Below, piece after piece: positions 27,451-38,403 of a DNA stretch of 64,000 nucleotides (positions within the stretch are counted from its first letter, which is position 1; every line of letters begins with the position of its first letter). Location of the stretch: positions 360,021-424,020 of the forward strand of contig JABWCG010000001.1 in assembly GCA_013359225.1 (NCBI GenBank), read 5' to 3'. Below the pieces are notes generated by a model that searched no databases, had not been told where the DNA came from, and saw nothing but the letters and a program-made list of their open reading frames with translations. The DNA is from Candidatus Buchananbacteria bacterium (GTDB taxonomy: Bacteria > Patescibacteriota > Patescibacteriia > Buchananbacterales > UBA6539). The translations under genes and the position numbers were made by a program.

Positions 27451-28311
27451 CTAACTACCAAATAATTTATTGATTTCCTGATATAGCTGCTGTATTTGCC
27501 GACCGTGAAAACCAAGGCGACTCAGTAAAGTATCTTGGTTGATCAACTGTTTACATAAAACGATATTATGATGAAGTAAATCCCGAACCTGCTGATGATT
27601 CAGGCTAATCAAAACAGTAATTGGGTATAACCCCCTATTTTCAATAAGTTCCTGAAGATTATCACCCTCACTGGCGTAATCCCAGCCAATTGCTTTAATC
27701 CCAACACAGCCGCAATAAATTTTTACTTCACCAGTCACTTTGGTGTTTGTTACCAGCCAACTTTGTAGCGTGGCTTCACGCGGTTTGGCGCCCTTATTTT
27801 TTTTAATATTCCAAGCCTCTTTAATATCTAAAAACCGAGCGTACGTGTACAACGCATCCTTACTGCCGGTTTTACCACCGCCATGAGAATGAAATTTAGC
27901 CTCAATGATAGCGTGAATATTTTTTTCATACTTTTCAGCAATCACGTCCACCTCATGAGAAATACATTTACCTCTAACAATAACATTGGTTTTTGTTTCA
28001 TACCCTTGTTCCTCCAATAAAGCCGCAAAATACTTTTCAAACGGAAAACCATCGGGGCCAAGACGCATAATTGCCTTTTTAAGATTATAACGAGCCGCAT
28101 AACTCTTGTCCTCTGATTTTAAAAGATCAAAAGCCAACCGATGAATCTGGGCCGTTGTAGTGCCTGGCTTTATTTTTGGTCTTATCTGGCTGATTACTCT
28201 TTTTGCTACCCCGCTAGCCACACCAGAAGACATCATTGATTTCTTTAATTTTATAATTGAAAAAATTTCTTTTTCTCCACTTGCTTTTTTAATTAAAATT
28301 TTTTTTGCCAT
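27451..28311 (-). CDS. ATP-cone domain fused to Mrr-like PD-(D/E)xK endonuclease
   Basis: N-terminal IKKASGEKEIF..KL ATP-cone; GFPFEKY, HEVDVIAEK, IEAKFH nuclease motifs; start placed at MAKK. Confidence 0.82.
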   Translation of the reverse strand: MAKKILIKKASGEKEIFSIIKLKKSMMSSGVASGVAKRVISQIRPKIKPGTTTAQIHRLAFDLLKSEDKSYAARYNLKKAIMRLGPDGFPFEKYFAALLEEQGYETKTNVIVRGKCISHEVDVIAEKYEKNIHAIIEAKFHSHGGGKTGSKDALYTYARFLDIKEAWNIKKNKGAKPREATLQSWLVTNTKVTGEVKIYCGCVGIKAIGWDYASEGDNLQELIENRGLYPITVLISLNHQQVRDLLHHNIVLCKQLINQDTLLSRLGFHGRQIQQLYQEINKLFGS

Positions 28312-28321
28312 ATATAAAATA

Positions 28322-29188
28322 TTACTTCCAAAACACCTTCTCGCCAAACCGCAAATCAATATAATCAAGTTTTGACCGGTCATTAGCGCGCTGTTTTAAA
28401 ACAATGGCTAATGAATTAATTTGAGATGTAACAGAATTTTGAAGGCTAAATTTTACCAGCCAGCCTTCTTGGGTAACGAGCGTAATATCTTGTGCGGCCG
28501 GTCGATTAATCTCATAATGTGCAATTTCAAAATCCGCCTCGGTCCTCAGGCGACTTGTCAACTCAAGAATGAAAGCAACCGTTTCGGGCGACAATATCGA
28601 TTCACCAACGTTCACTTCTCTATTGCTCAAATCTTTTATTAAAGGGTATTGACTTGCATTAACGCCAGAACGTATCACATTGCTACCGCTTTCTGTGTTC
28701 ATTACCAATGATTGGGGGTCAATCAGCTTGGTCGCCCTTCCTTCTAAATCAAGGTAGTATTGATTATTGGCGTTAGCCCAAATCACGCCCGAATTATTTC
28801 TTTGCAAATCAACTTCAATCTGATTAAAATATTTTTTCTTAATTTTAAAATCGTTCAATAAATAAGTTTGTTGGATTCTTTCTTCAGCCTGTTTCTTGTT
28901 AAAGAAAAAAATATTTGATTGATGAAACAATAACCAACGGCGTTCATCTAACTGGTCAGCAATCAGATTTTTTATTTCTTGATCATTTATAAACTCAACC
29001 CCTTTAACCGTAACGGACGTAATCTTGAAGTATTTCAACGTATCAAAAAAATAAGCACTCAATACCACTGCCAATAAAACTCCCACGAACACCAAGCGCT
29101 TTTTCTTTTTTAATGCAGTTTGACCGTCTTTTTTAGAAAAAAAAGGGTTATTAAGTTTTTTTCTCTGATAATCTATTCTTCTAGCCAT
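28322..29188 (-). CDS. ftsQ: Cell division protein FtsQ/DivIB
   Basis: Basic N-terminus, TM, POTRA-like FKITSVTVKG, C-terminal YIDLRFGEKVF; follows ddl. Confidence 0.82.
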   Translation of the reverse strand: MARRIDYQRKKLNNPFFSKKDGQTALKKKKRLVFVGVLLAVVLSAYFFDTLKYFKITSVTVKGVEFINDQEIKNLIADQLDERRWLLFHQSNIFFFNKKQAEERIQQTYLLNDFKIKKKYFNQIEVDLQRNNSGVIWANANNQYYLDLEGRATKLIDPQSLVMNTESGSNVIRSGVNASQYPLIKDLSNREVNVGESILSPETVAFILELTSRLRTEADFEIAHYEINRPAAQDITLVTQEGWLVKFSLQNSVTSQINSLAIVLKQRANDRSKLDYIDLRFGEKVFWK

Positions 29189-29191
29189 AAA

Positions 29192-30343
29192 TTATTTATA
29201 CCAGTCTTCTTTTGGCTGATAAGAAGTGGCAAGACTATTCTTTTCGCGATGTCGTTCAAGCGCTAAATCAATCAGTTGATCAAGTAATTTAGAATAGCTA
29301 AGTCCGGAAGCCTCCCAAAGTTTTGGATACATTGAGATAGAGGTGAAACCTGGAATTGTATTGACTTCATTTAGGTAGACTTTATGATTTTTCTTTTTTA
29401 CCAAAAAATCAACCCTGGCTAGTCCGGAAAGGTTCAAGGCTCTAAACGCCATTTCGGCGATTAATCTGATTTCTTTAATGGTCTTTTTCGGCAACCGAGC
29501 CGGTATTACTGCTTGAGATTTGCCGTCAACATATTTAGCATCGTAATCATAAAATTCGTTGGAAGAAATAATCTCACCAGGCACCGACGCTTTTGGTTTA
29601 TCATTGCCCAAAACCGAAACTTCAATTTCTCTAATATCTTCTATCCCCTGCTCAACAATAATTTTTCGGTCATATTTTAATGCATCAATAATTCCATTGA
29701 TCAACTCTTTTCGATTATGGCATTTACCGATACCAACGCTTGAACCAAGATTGGCCGGTTTTGTAAACATCGGGTACCCCAACTTTTTTTCCAAACGACT
29801 AATTATTTTTGATCGATTATTTTTGAATTCCTTTTTAAAAAACCAATCATACCTAACGCTCGGCAATCCCGCTAGATCAGTTAATTGTTTTTGGACAACC
29901 TTATCCATTGCCAAAGCCGACCCCAAAACCTCTGAACCAACGTAGGCAATATTTGCCATTTCCAATAAGCCTTGCAACTTACCGTCTTCGCCGTAAGTAC
30001 CATGAACCAACGGAAAAACAACATCAATTTCGGTCATTGTTGGCTTGAAATTTGAAGTTGATTTCAAACTGCTTGTTTTAATATTCATCAAACTTTTTTC
30101 GGTTGGGTCAGGCGCAAAAATTGATTTAAAAGGGAGCTGCCTCATCCCCTCTTTTAAAAAATAAACTGCTTGGTTACCACTAATCCAGCGGCCTTCTTTG
30201 GTGATACCAATAGGAATAACTTGGTACTTTTTTTTGTCCAAAGCCTTCATTACGGAAACGGCTGAAACAATAGAAACTTCGTGTTCGCCGGAACGACCGC
30301 CAAAAATTACCCCAACCTTTATTTTTTTACTAATTTTAGCCAT
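29192..30343 (-). CDS. ddl: D-alanine--D-alanine ligase
   Basis: [39 protein letters not shown]. Confidence 0.97.
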   Translation of the reverse strand: MAKISKKIKVGVIFGGRSGEHEVSIVSAVSVMKALDKKKYQVIPIGITKEGRWISGNQAVYFLKEGMRQLPFKSIFAPDPTEKSLMNIKTSSLKSTSNFKPTMTEIDVVFPLVHGTYGEDGKLQGLLEMANIAYVGSEVLGSALAMDKVVQKQLTDLAGLPSVRYDWFFKKEFKNNRSKIISRLEKKLGYPMFTKPANLGSSVGIGKCHNRKELINGIIDALKYDRKIIVEQGIEDIREIEVSVLGNDKPKASVPGEIISSNEFYDYDAKYVDGKSQAVIPARLPKKTIKEIRLIAEMAFRALNLSGLARVDFLVKKKNHKVYLNEVNTIPGFTSISMYPKLWEASGLSYSKLLDQLIDLALERHREKNSLATSYQPKEDWYK

Positions 30344-30359
30344 TTTTTTACTATACTAA

Positions 30360-31607
30360 TTACTTTTTCTCAATTTTCTTAAACCCACAATATTTTTGCA
30401 GCGGTTTAGGAATATTCACGCTGCCATCTTCATTTTGAAACTGTTCTAAAATTGCCGGGAACAATCGACTGGTTGCTAACCCCGAAGCGTTTAAAGTATG
30501 AACGAACTCATTCTTACCGGTCTCTGGATTTTTGAACCGAATGTTTCCTCTTCGAGCCTGATAATCAAGGGCGTTAGAAACGCTGCTAACTTCTTTATAA
30601 ATCTCCATACTTGGTATCCAAACTTCAACATCAATTGTTTTAGCCATTGCCGATGAAGCGTCACCAGCTGCCAGTTGCACCGTTTGATAATGCAAACCCA
30701 ATCCTTCAACTAAGCTGGAGGCATTCTCAATCAATTCATCAAAAGATTCCCATGATTGTTCTGGCTTAGCATAATGAAACATTTCAATTTTATTAAATTG
30801 ATGACCACGAATCATCCCCCGCTCTTCCTTGCGGTACCCCCCGGCTTCACGCCGAAAACAAGTTGAATATGCCGCGTATTTTATCGGCAAGTCGTCAATG
30901 GCCAAAATTTCATCACGGTGATAATTACCAAGCATCATTTCACTAGTGGCATTAAGGCAAGTTTTGTCCTGAGTCCAAAACAAGTCATCGCGGAATTTAG
31001 GCAAATGGCCAGAAGTATAGGCCGATTCTTCAGTTAATAAAAACGGCGGAATCATAAAAATATAGCCATTCTTCTGGTGAAATCCAATAAAATAATTAAG
31101 TAATGCCCATTCTAAAATTGCCCCCTGGCCACGATACACCCAAAAACCAGTACCAGACATTTTGACCGCTCGCTCATAATCAATAATGCCTAAATCGGTT
31201 GCCAGCTGGTAGTGATCTTTTGGCGTAAATTTAAAGTCGGGTTTTTTACCAAAACTTTTTAAAACTTTATTATTCTCCTTCCCACCAGCCAAAACATCAT
31301 CAGCCGGTAGATTTGGCAGGGCAGAAAGTTTCTCTTTAAATTCAGCCTCTACTTCCCTAACTTTATCATCTAATTTTTTAATCTGATCGCCGACCGATTT
31401 CATTTTTGCAATGACTTCCGGACTTGGTTTAGTCTTAGAAAATTTATTTCGTTCAGCCTTAAGGTTTTCGGATTCTTGTAATAATTTTCGACGCTGATCG
31501 TCAATGGCCAAAATTTCATCAAGTTGCAAATCTTTTTTATCCAGGCGCTTCAGCAAAGCTGCTTCTACTTCCGCTCGCGACTCCCTAATTTTATTAATGT
31601 CTAACAT
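30360..31607 (-). CDS. serS: Serine--tRNA ligase
   Basis: MLDI, CFRREAG, RGHQFNKIEM, HTLNASGLA. Confidence 0.97.
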   Translation of the reverse strand: MLDINKIRESRAEVEAALLKRLDKKDLQLDEILAIDDQRRKLLQESENLKAERNKFSKTKPSPEVIAKMKSVGDQIKKLDDKVREVEAEFKEKLSALPNLPADDVLAGGKENNKVLKSFGKKPDFKFTPKDHYQLATDLGIIDYERAVKMSGTGFWVYRGQGAILEWALLNYFIGFHQKNGYIFMIPPFLLTEESAYTSGHLPKFRDDLFWTQDKTCLNATSEMMLGNYHRDEILAIDDLPIKYAAYSTCFRREAGGYRKEERGMIRGHQFNKIEMFHYAKPEQSWESFDELIENASSLVEGLGLHYQTVQLAAGDASSAMAKTIDVEVWIPSMEIYKEVSSVSNALDYQARRGNIRFKNPETGKNEFVHTLNASGLATSRLFPAILEQFQNEDGSVNIPKPLQKYCGFKKIEKK

Positions 31608-31613
31608 ACGTGA

Positions 31614-32009
31614 TTATTTTTTAGCTTTAAGTTTCGAAGATTTATAGATCTCTGGTTGATATGCTTCCAATCGAACAATATTGATTTCTGGAAATTTAGC
31701 CGCTAAATTTCCAGTAAATACCTCTTGATCATACCCCAGACAAATAACCTGCGGCCGTTTTGTCCTGATAATTTCATGCGGGTCACCCTCACCACCCAAA
31801 ATCACCTCATCGGCGACACCGGCTTCCTGCACCGCCACCAAACGTTCATCTTCTGAAAAGTCTGGCTTTTTACCCTTAATCGTTTCAACATTTCTGTCCC
31901 GAGCAACAACCACAATTAAATAATCACCATAGGCTCTGGCTTGCCGAAAAAAATCAAGATGGCCATCGTGCAAGATATCAAAAGTTCCAAAAACCATTAC
32001 ACGCTTCAT
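31614..32009 (-). CDS. Cytidylyltransferase-family protein (RibL-like FAD synthetase)
   Basis: FGTFDILHDGH, VVVARD, ICLGYDQ, YKSSK. Confidence 0.82.
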   Translation of the reverse strand: MKRVMVFGTFDILHDGHLDFFRQARAYGDYLIVVVARDRNVETIKGKKPDFSEDERLVAVQEAGVADEVILGGEGDPHEIIRTKRPQVICLGYDQEVFTGNLAAKFPEINIVRLEAYQPEIYKSSKLKAKK

Positions 32010-32019
32010 AGCGATTAAA

Positions 32020-32436
32020 TTACTTATCTAATTTGAAAAATTTTCTTAAAAATTCGTCGCTGAAGAAATATAATGTCATCAATGAGATTGCCACAGTTAC
32101 TACCGCCGGTAAATAGTATCCAGCACCTACAGCTAAGCCAATAGCTGAAACAACCCAAACCATCGCCGCGGTAGTAATTCCATGAACTTCACTGCGACCA
32201 TGAATAATCAATCCACCGCCGATAAAACCAATACCCGTCACCACTCCGGCAGCGATTCGCGCCGAATCAAAATCAAACATAAGAGAAATTATCATCACCA
32301 AAGCTGAACCCGTTCCAACAAGAATATTTGTTCTCAATCCGGCTGGTTTGTCCTTAAATTCTCGTTCAATACCCAGCAAAGCCGACAAAAATGCTGCCAG
32401 CAGCAGGCGGATAATAATATCGTTTGTTTCAATCAT
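32020..32436 (-). CDS. MgtC/SapB family membrane protein
   Basis: GIERE, AGLRT, RIAAGVVTGIGFIGGG, GITTAA. Confidence 0.92.
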   Translation of the reverse strand: MIETNDIIIRLLLAAFLSALLGIEREFKDKPAGLRTNILVGTGSALVMIISLMFDFDSARIAAGVVTGIGFIGGGLIIHGRSEVHGITTAAMVWVVSAIGLAVGAGYYLPAVVTVAISLMTLYFFSDEFLRKFFKLDK

Positions 32437-32440
32437 ATAT

Positions 32441-33919
32441 TTATTTTTCCGGACGTAGTAATGGGAATAATACTACATCTCGTAAATTATCTTGTTGACT
32501 TAAAAGCGTGATTAGGCGATCGACGCCCATTCCCCAGCCGGACATCGGCGGTGCGCCGTGTTCCAAAGCCCGCACAAAGTCATCATCCTTGCCGTGAGCC
32601 TCGTCGTCTCCCTGAGCTTTGGCCTTGGCTTGAGTTTCAAAGCGGTTTTTCTGATCAACCGGATCAACCAATTCAGAATAAGCATTAACCACTTCCCAGG
32701 TATTGATCACCAGCTGGAAGCGGTCGACGATAGCAGGGTTTTGATCGTTACGCCGCGCCAGAGGCGAAACGTCCACCGGATGATTAATAACGAACGTTGG
32801 CTGAATAATCTTTGGCCGCGATACCTCTTTATAAAGCGCATCAATCAAATTGCCGCGGCCGAGATTCTCAACGTTTTCCAAAGCAATCTTTTTCTTTTTG
32901 ATTTGGGTGCGTAATTCCGTAACGGTTTTACAGGCGTCAATATCAATACCCGAATCTTTCAAAATCAGATCACGAAATGACACAGTCTTAAACGGCGGTT
33001 TAAAATCAACCTTAACTGCTTGGCCGGTCCGGTCTTTAATAGTAACAGTGGTAGTGCCAAACAATTTTTTAAGCAGAGTGCCAAACAATTTTTCGGTGAA
33101 ACGCATGTTATCTTCATAGTTCCAATAGGCAACATAATGCTCAACCGAGGTGTAATCCTGAAGATGCGACGGATCAATGCCTTCGTTTCGAAACAAACGG
33201 CCGAGCTCAAACACCTTTTCAAATCCGCCAACAACCGCTTCCTTTAAATAGGTTTCGGGTGCGATGCGCAGGTAAACGTCAATATCAAGAGCGTTATGAT
33301 GAGTTTTGAATGGCTTGGCCAGGGCGCCGGAAGCAGTATTGGTCAAGATTGGCGTTTCTAGTTCAATAAAACCTTCCTGCCAATAAAACTCCCGCAAAGC
33401 TCTGATAAAGTTACTACGAAAAACAAATCGATCATACGTCGTTTTATCTGAAATCAAATCCAAATAGCGTTGGCGATATTTTAATTCCTGATCTTTTATA
33501 CCGTGCCACTTTTCTGGCAAGGGCCGTAAAGCCTTAGCCAACATCACAAAAGTTTTAACCAAAATGGAAATTTCACCTTTTTGGGTCTTAAAAATTTCAC
33601 CCTCAACACCGATAAAATCTCCCGGGTCAAAAATCTTCAAAAAACTTTTAAATTCTTCTTTGCCAATTTCATCCTGTTTTAAAACAATTTGAATTTTTCC
33701 CGAGGCGTCCTGAATATGCCCAAAAGATATTTTACCCATATCGCGCAGGGTTAAAATACGCCCCGCTGTTTTAACCTTTGCCCCAAGCCTTGATGTCAGG
33801 GCATCCGAAATGGAGTGGGTTTTATCAAACTTATCCGGAAAGGGGTTTATGCCCTGTTCGGCAATTTTTTTTAATTTTTGAAGACGAGTCTGATACTCGT
33901 CATTTAGCATTTCAGGCAT
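32441..33919 (-). CDS. lysS: Lysine--tRNA ligase (class II)
   Basis: YRQRYLDL, FRNEGID, NAYSEL, GMGVDRL, VVLFP. Confidence 0.97.
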   Translation of the reverse strand: MPEMLNDEYQTRLQKLKKIAEQGINPFPDKFDKTHSISDALTSRLGAKVKTAGRILTLRDMGKISFGHIQDASGKIQIVLKQDEIGKEEFKSFLKIFDPGDFIGVEGEIFKTQKGEISILVKTFVMLAKALRPLPEKWHGIKDQELKYRQRYLDLISDKTTYDRFVFRSNFIRALREFYWQEGFIELETPILTNTASGALAKPFKTHHNALDIDVYLRIAPETYLKEAVVGGFEKVFELGRLFRNEGIDPSHLQDYTSVEHYVAYWNYEDNMRFTEKLFGTLLKKLFGTTTVTIKDRTGQAVKVDFKPPFKTVSFRDLILKDSGIDIDACKTVTELRTQIKKKKIALENVENLGRGNLIDALYKEVSRPKIIQPTFVINHPVDVSPLARRNDQNPAIVDRFQLVINTWEVVNAYSELVDPVDQKNRFETQAKAKAQGDDEAHGKDDDFVRALEHGAPPMSGWGMGVDRLITLLSQQDNLRDVVLFPLLRPEK

Positions 33920-34021
33920 AGATATAATGATATTTTATAGAGTAATTTTACTAAAAAAACCAATTTTAGTCAAAAACAAAAATGCCGCTTTAAAGCGGCA
34001 TTTTAAGCTAAAAATTAGCTA

Positions 34022-34480
34022 TTATTCAATTTCTAAAACTTCACATTCCATTTCACCCCGAGGCACCCGCACTTTGACCTTATCGCCTTTCTTTCTGCCA
34101 AGAAAACTACGGCCAATCGGCGATTCATTCGAAATCAAACCCTGGGCCGGATCAGCTTCATTCGAACCGACGATTGTGTATGTAAACTTATTGCCATCGC
34201 AGGTGACTTTAATAGTACTGCCGATATCAACGTAATCTCGATTATTCTTTTGTTCAATCACATGAGATTTATTAATCAAATGCTCAAGCTCCGCGATCCG
34301 TCCGGCAATAAAGCCCTGTTCATCTTTAGCATCTTGATATTCGGCGTTCTCTGATAAATCACCAAGTTCTTTAGCCCGCGCAATCCTCTCAATTACTTCA
34401 GGCATCTTGGTTTTTTTAAGAAGCTCTAGCTCTTCTTTTAGCTTCTCCAAACCGTTTTTAGTAATATAGTTCTGACCCAT
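34022..34480 (-). CDS. greA: Transcription elongation factor GreA
   Basis: GDLSENAEY, IVGSNEADP, ISNESPIG. Confidence 0.97.
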   Translation of the reverse strand: MGQNYITKNGLEKLKEELELLKKTKMPEVIERIARAKELGDLSENAEYQDAKDEQGFIAGRIAELEHLINKSHVIEQKNNRDYVDIGSTIKVTCDGNKFTYTIVGSNEADPAQGLISNESPIGRSFLGRKKGDKVKVRVPRGEMECEVLEIE

Positions 34481-34685
34481 AATTTTAAATTGAATTTATA
34501 TAAAAAATACAGTCAATTTCCTGTATTTAACCGACAACTCTTATTTAATTAGTCTCGGTATTTAGAAGAATTGTATTCTGATTAACTCTCATTGTCAAGC
34601 GTTATAAAAATACTTATCCACAATACAAAAAGAAAGACGGTATTCCTTACTATACAAGATGGCCAAAAACAAGTCAACCTAAATG

Positions 34686-35060
34686 CTACAATTGGCAACC
34701 GGTCTTTTCTGATAATGCCTGCAACGACATCACCCCAACCTGTCGCTGACCGTTAAATTCCCAGGTTGGATATGATTCAATTTTAGCCTGCTGACAAACA
34801 ATGGTTTGACTCTGGCCATTTGAACTTGAACACTCAACATACGGCAATAATCGTTCTGAGCGGCCAAACAGGTCTTTTTGACTATTGCAAGCGCTACACC
34901 AAAACGCGCCGTAAAATTTTGCGCCACTATCGCTAATGCATCGAGCAAACGAGTCAAGCTCGCCCGGACGGTTATTGTTGATAATTAATACTACAAACAA
35001 AATAATAACCAAAACAATCACGCCAATCCATGGCAACTTCTTTTTTATTTTTTGATTCAT
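34686..35060 (-). CDS. Membrane-anchored thioredoxin-like protein (VKOR-associated Trx type)
   Basis: N-terminal TM, YGAFWCSAC..QKDLFG, YVEC, YPTW. Confidence 0.85.
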   Translation of the reverse strand: MNQKIKKKLPWIGVIVLVIILFVVLIINNNRPGELDSFARCISDSGAKFYGAFWCSACNSQKDLFGRSERLLPYVECSSSNGQSQTIVCQQAKIESYPTWEFNGQRQVGVMSLQALSEKTGCQL

Positions 35061-35102
35061 ACGTATATTATTTATTTAATAGTTATATCTAATTATATAT
35101 GA

Positions 35103-37055
35103 TTATCTATTTTCTGACCACCATTTTAGTATATCATACACTACCGGGATTGCTACTCGACTACCCTCGCCACTTTCTTCAGCCAACACTGTTAAAACAA
35201 TTTGGGGGTTTTCATATGGTGCAAATGCCGTTGCCCAAGCATGATTCTCTTTGTTGCTTGACCATTGCGCCGTACCGGTTTTAGCTGCAGCAGCGATAGG
35301 CAACCCCGATAAATAACGAGCACTACCACTGGTCACCCCTTGGCGCAAGCCGGCGCTAATGGCTGCAATATTTTTTTGACTGATGAAGTTTTGATTAATC
35401 ACTCTTGGCTTTGCCGTTTCAATTAAGTTATTTTCTGAGTCAAGGATCTCTTTAACAAGATACGGCTGATACAAAATGCCACTATTGGCAAATACCGAGG
35501 TCCAGGCCGCTACCTGCAGAGGTGTAACTAGAATATCTCCTTGGCCAATTGATATGTTATATGTATCACCAATATACCAAATTTCATTTTTGGTTTTTTC
35601 TTTCCATTCCGGGTCAGGGAAAAAACCGTCTGCTTCATTTGGTAAATCAATGCCAAGCGGCTTGGTTAAACCAAAAGCTTGCGCATACTTTTTAATCCTA
35701 TTAACACCAAGTCCCTCAAAATCGTTATAGCCGCCACCAACCATATAAAAATAGGTATTAACCGATTCGGCAATTGCTTTATAAATTGTGGTCCAGCCAT
35801 GACCACCGGCTTTCCAATCGGGAAAAAACCACTTGCCCACCGCCACGCCGCCGACGCTGTTAAATCCGGTATTGACGTTTGCAACCCCTTCTTCTAAGGC
35901 CGCGGCGCCGACCACCAGCTTAAACGTTGATCCGGACGGATACTCGCCGCTGATCGCCCGCGGGAATAAAGGTTTATCAGGATCATTAATCAGATTCGAG
36001 AAATCTTCCTGTTTAATGCCGCGCGTGAATAAATTATTATCATATGCCGGTAAACTCACCATAATCAAAACTTCGCCTGATTTTGGATCTAAGCCGATGA
36101 CTGCTCCCCGATTTTTATTGTTAGCCTTTAAATTCTTACGTAAACTTTCTTCAGCCACTTTCTGCAGCTCTGAATCAATCGTCAAAACCAAATTATTTCC
36201 GGGCAAAGCTTTTTGATAGGCTAAAATTTCTTTTGTTTCACCCAAGGCGTCAACCTCAACCTGCTCCTTGCCGTTTACTCCCTTTAACTTTTTCTCATAC
36301 GACATTTCTAAACCGGCTTTTCCAATATAATCATCAATAAGATACCCGTTGGCCAAGTATTCTTGAAGCTTGCTTTCTTCAATTTTTCCAGTATACCCCA
36401 AAATATGAGACAGACTAGGCTGGTTTGGCGTTGTCAGATAATGACGATAACTATTTGAATATAATGTTACTCCAGGGTAACGGCTGCTGATAATTTCTGT
36501 AACAATTGCCTGATCATCGGTTAAATTCTCGCGTAATACCAACGGTTGATACGAATACGGCGACTGCTCCTTCATTAAATTGTAGATTTCCTCGCCTGAT
36601 TTCTCGGCAATCGGCGACAACTCTTCAGCCAGCCTTCGACGCTCATCTTCATCGTGCGGCAAGTCAACCGGAATAACCGCCAAAGAAAAGGCTGAAATAT
36701 TTTCAACAAGTAGATTGCGGTGGCGGTCGTAAATCACTCCACGACTGGCTTTAATGTCTCTAATTCGAATTCGATTCCCCTCAGCAACGGTACTAAAATG
36801 ATTACCCTGAGAAATTTGCAAATAAGCGGCCCGCCCAAGCAAAATTAACAATCCAAACATGATTAAAACTAGCCACAAGTTTATCGCTTGTACATTAACC
36901 AAAGAACCCAGTGAAGTGGTATTGTTCGGATTTGATTTTCTTGAGGCAAACGAGTCTACCTCAAGCCATTTGCCGTTGGCCCGGCGGCTCACTCGATAGT
37001 CTTTTGAGCCGCTATCTACACTAATGACAAACGGATTACGGTTATGGTATATCAT
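35103..37055 (-). CDS. mrdA: Penicillin-binding protein 2
   Basis: RGVIYDR, GSTFK (SxxK), SVN, KTGTAQ; follows mreCD. Confidence 0.95.
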   Translation of the reverse strand: MIYHNRNPFVISVDSGSKDYRVSRRANGKWLEVDSFASRKSNPNNTTSLGSLVNVQAINLWLVLIMFGLLILLGRAAYLQISQGNHFSTVAEGNRIRIRDIKASRGVIYDRHRNLLVENISAFSLAVIPVDLPHDEDERRRLAEELSPIAEKSGEEIYNLMKEQSPYSYQPLVLRENLTDDQAIVTEIISSRYPGVTLYSNSYRHYLTTPNQPSLSHILGYTGKIEESKLQEYLANGYLIDDYIGKAGLEMSYEKKLKGVNGKEQVEVDALGETKEILAYQKALPGNNLVLTIDSELQKVAEESLRKNLKANNKNRGAVIGLDPKSGEVLIMVSLPAYDNNLFTRGIKQEDFSNLINDPDKPLFPRAISGEYPSGSTFKLVVGAAALEEGVANVNTGFNSVGGVAVGKWFFPDWKAGGHGWTTIYKAIAESVNTYFYMVGGGYNDFEGLGVNRIKKYAQAFGLTKPLGIDLPNEADGFFPDPEWKEKTKNEIWYIGDTYNISIGQGDILVTPLQVAAWTSVFANSGILYQPYLVKEILDSENNLIETAKPRVINQNFISQKNIAAISAGLRQGVTSGSARYLSGLPIAAAAKTGTAQWSSNKENHAWATAFAPYENPQIVLTVLAEESGEGSRVAIPVVYDILKWWSENR

Positions 37056-37067
37056 TATGATAAAACA

Positions 37068-37589
37068 CTAGGACTGAAAAAATAAAACATTGCGCAACCG
37101 CCCAGTAGAAAAATTAAAAGTAAAAAAGATAATGCCTAAAATAAGGACGTTCAAGATTGGCTGCCAAAAGAATGTTGAAACAAAATCAAAATTAAACAAA
37201 TATACCGCGTTGAAAGCCACAACGCCGACAAGACTGAATAAAAAAATTAACAAATTATAGATAACCGATACCACAAATCCCAACAAGATCAGGGAATAAA
37301 GAGAACGGTTCGTAAAAAAATTACTAAATAAAAAATTAATTGCAATAACTGAAAAAATGAGGCTTAAGCTAGTTACCCCGAATGGTAGCGCCGTATATAA
37401 TTCAAAGAAAAGTCCGGAAACAAATGCCCAGATCAATGCTTGGCGGTACGAAACAATTACTGCCAAAAAAGTAATTAAGCTTAACATTAGGTTAAGACTG
37501 CTGATTGGTCGCGGCCAAGTCGTCAAAAAACTTACCTGTACCATGCCAACCAAAATTACCACGAATATATTAATCAGTATTCGGTTCAT
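37068..37589 (-). CDS. mreD: Rod shape-determining protein MreD
   Basis: Polytopic membrane protein between mreC and mrdA. Confidence 0.8.
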   Translation of the reverse strand: MNRILINIFVVILVGMVQVSFLTTWPRPISSLNLMLSLITFLAVIVSYRQALIWAFVSGLFFELYTALPFGVTSLSLIFSVIAINFLFSNFFTNRSLYSLILLGFVVSVIYNLLIFLFSLVGVVAFNAVYLFNFDFVSTFFWQPILNVLILGIIFFTFNFSTGRLRNVLFFQS

Positions 37590-38397
37590 CGGTACGATTA
37601 ATTAACACTGAAACGATGGTTATATTATCAATCCTGACGAATGGCTGGATATACGCCGTTTGAAAGAGGCCATTTGGTTCTGATTCGATTCGACTTATTT
37701 TACCAATTACCAACCCCCTGGTAATGCCCGGCTCTAAACCGGATGTTACCACCAAATCTCCTTGCACCACACTCTCATTTTGCGGTATAAGTTCCATTCG
37801 TAAGCTCAAACCATGTTCGCCAACCACCACTCCCTGCGAAGCGGTTTGATTTTGAATCACTGCCGCAATTCGACTACGGGAATCATTAATCAAAATAGCC
37901 TGCGAACTATTATCAGTAACGCTAAAAATTTTTCCGACTAAAATACCCTGACCGGTAATTAGCGGCGCATCGAGGCGAATTCCGTCTTTGGCGCCTTTAT
38001 TGAGGACAATGGACTGAAAATTAGCCTCGGGGTTTTTCCCGATTACCCGGGCCGTTACTGATTCAAGACCAAGATAATCAATAAAAGTCCTTTGTTCTGC
38101 CAGTTCCTGGCTTTCTTGGATTAAAACTTTTAACTGAGCATTCTCTGTTGCGAGCGATGCAACCTCTTGTTTTAATTTCTCATTGTCTTTTACCAAAGTA
38201 TCACGCGAGGTTAACCCGGAATAAATATTATTAAAACCGGAACCGAAAGAATAGATTCGGTGTTGAATCGGCGAAAAGACTCTGAAAAATACATTTTCAA
38301 AAAAACCTAAGACACCAAGATAATGCAAAAAAATTAGCAGTACAATAACTACTAATAAAATGAAAGATAATGGTTTGGTTCTAAGAAATCTAAACAT
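37570..38397 (-). CDS. mreC: Rod shape-determining protein MreC
   Basis: TM, coiled coil, ARVIG, LNKGAKDG, VVTSG. Confidence 0.93.
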   Translation of the reverse strand: MFRFLRTKPLSFILLVVIVLLIFLHYLGVLGFFENVFFRVFSPIQHRIYSFGSGFNNIYSGLTSRDTLVKDNEKLKQEVASLATENAQLKVLIQESQELAEQRTFIDYLGLESVTARVIGKNPEANFQSIVLNKGAKDGIRLDAPLITGQGILVGKIFSVTDNSSQAILINDSRSRIAAVIQNQTASQGVVVGEHGLSLRMELIPQNESVVQGDLVVTSGLEPGITRGLVIGKISRIESEPNGLFQTAYIQPFVRIDNITIVSVLINRTDEPNTD

Positions 38398-38403
38398 ACA
38401 CGA

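Noticed and set aside
18312-34622. oriC suggested by perfect DnaA boxes at 18312, 27124 and 34614
   Set aside because: The boxes are single and far apart, there is no dnaA/dnaN, and genes converge rather than diverge at 27 kb.
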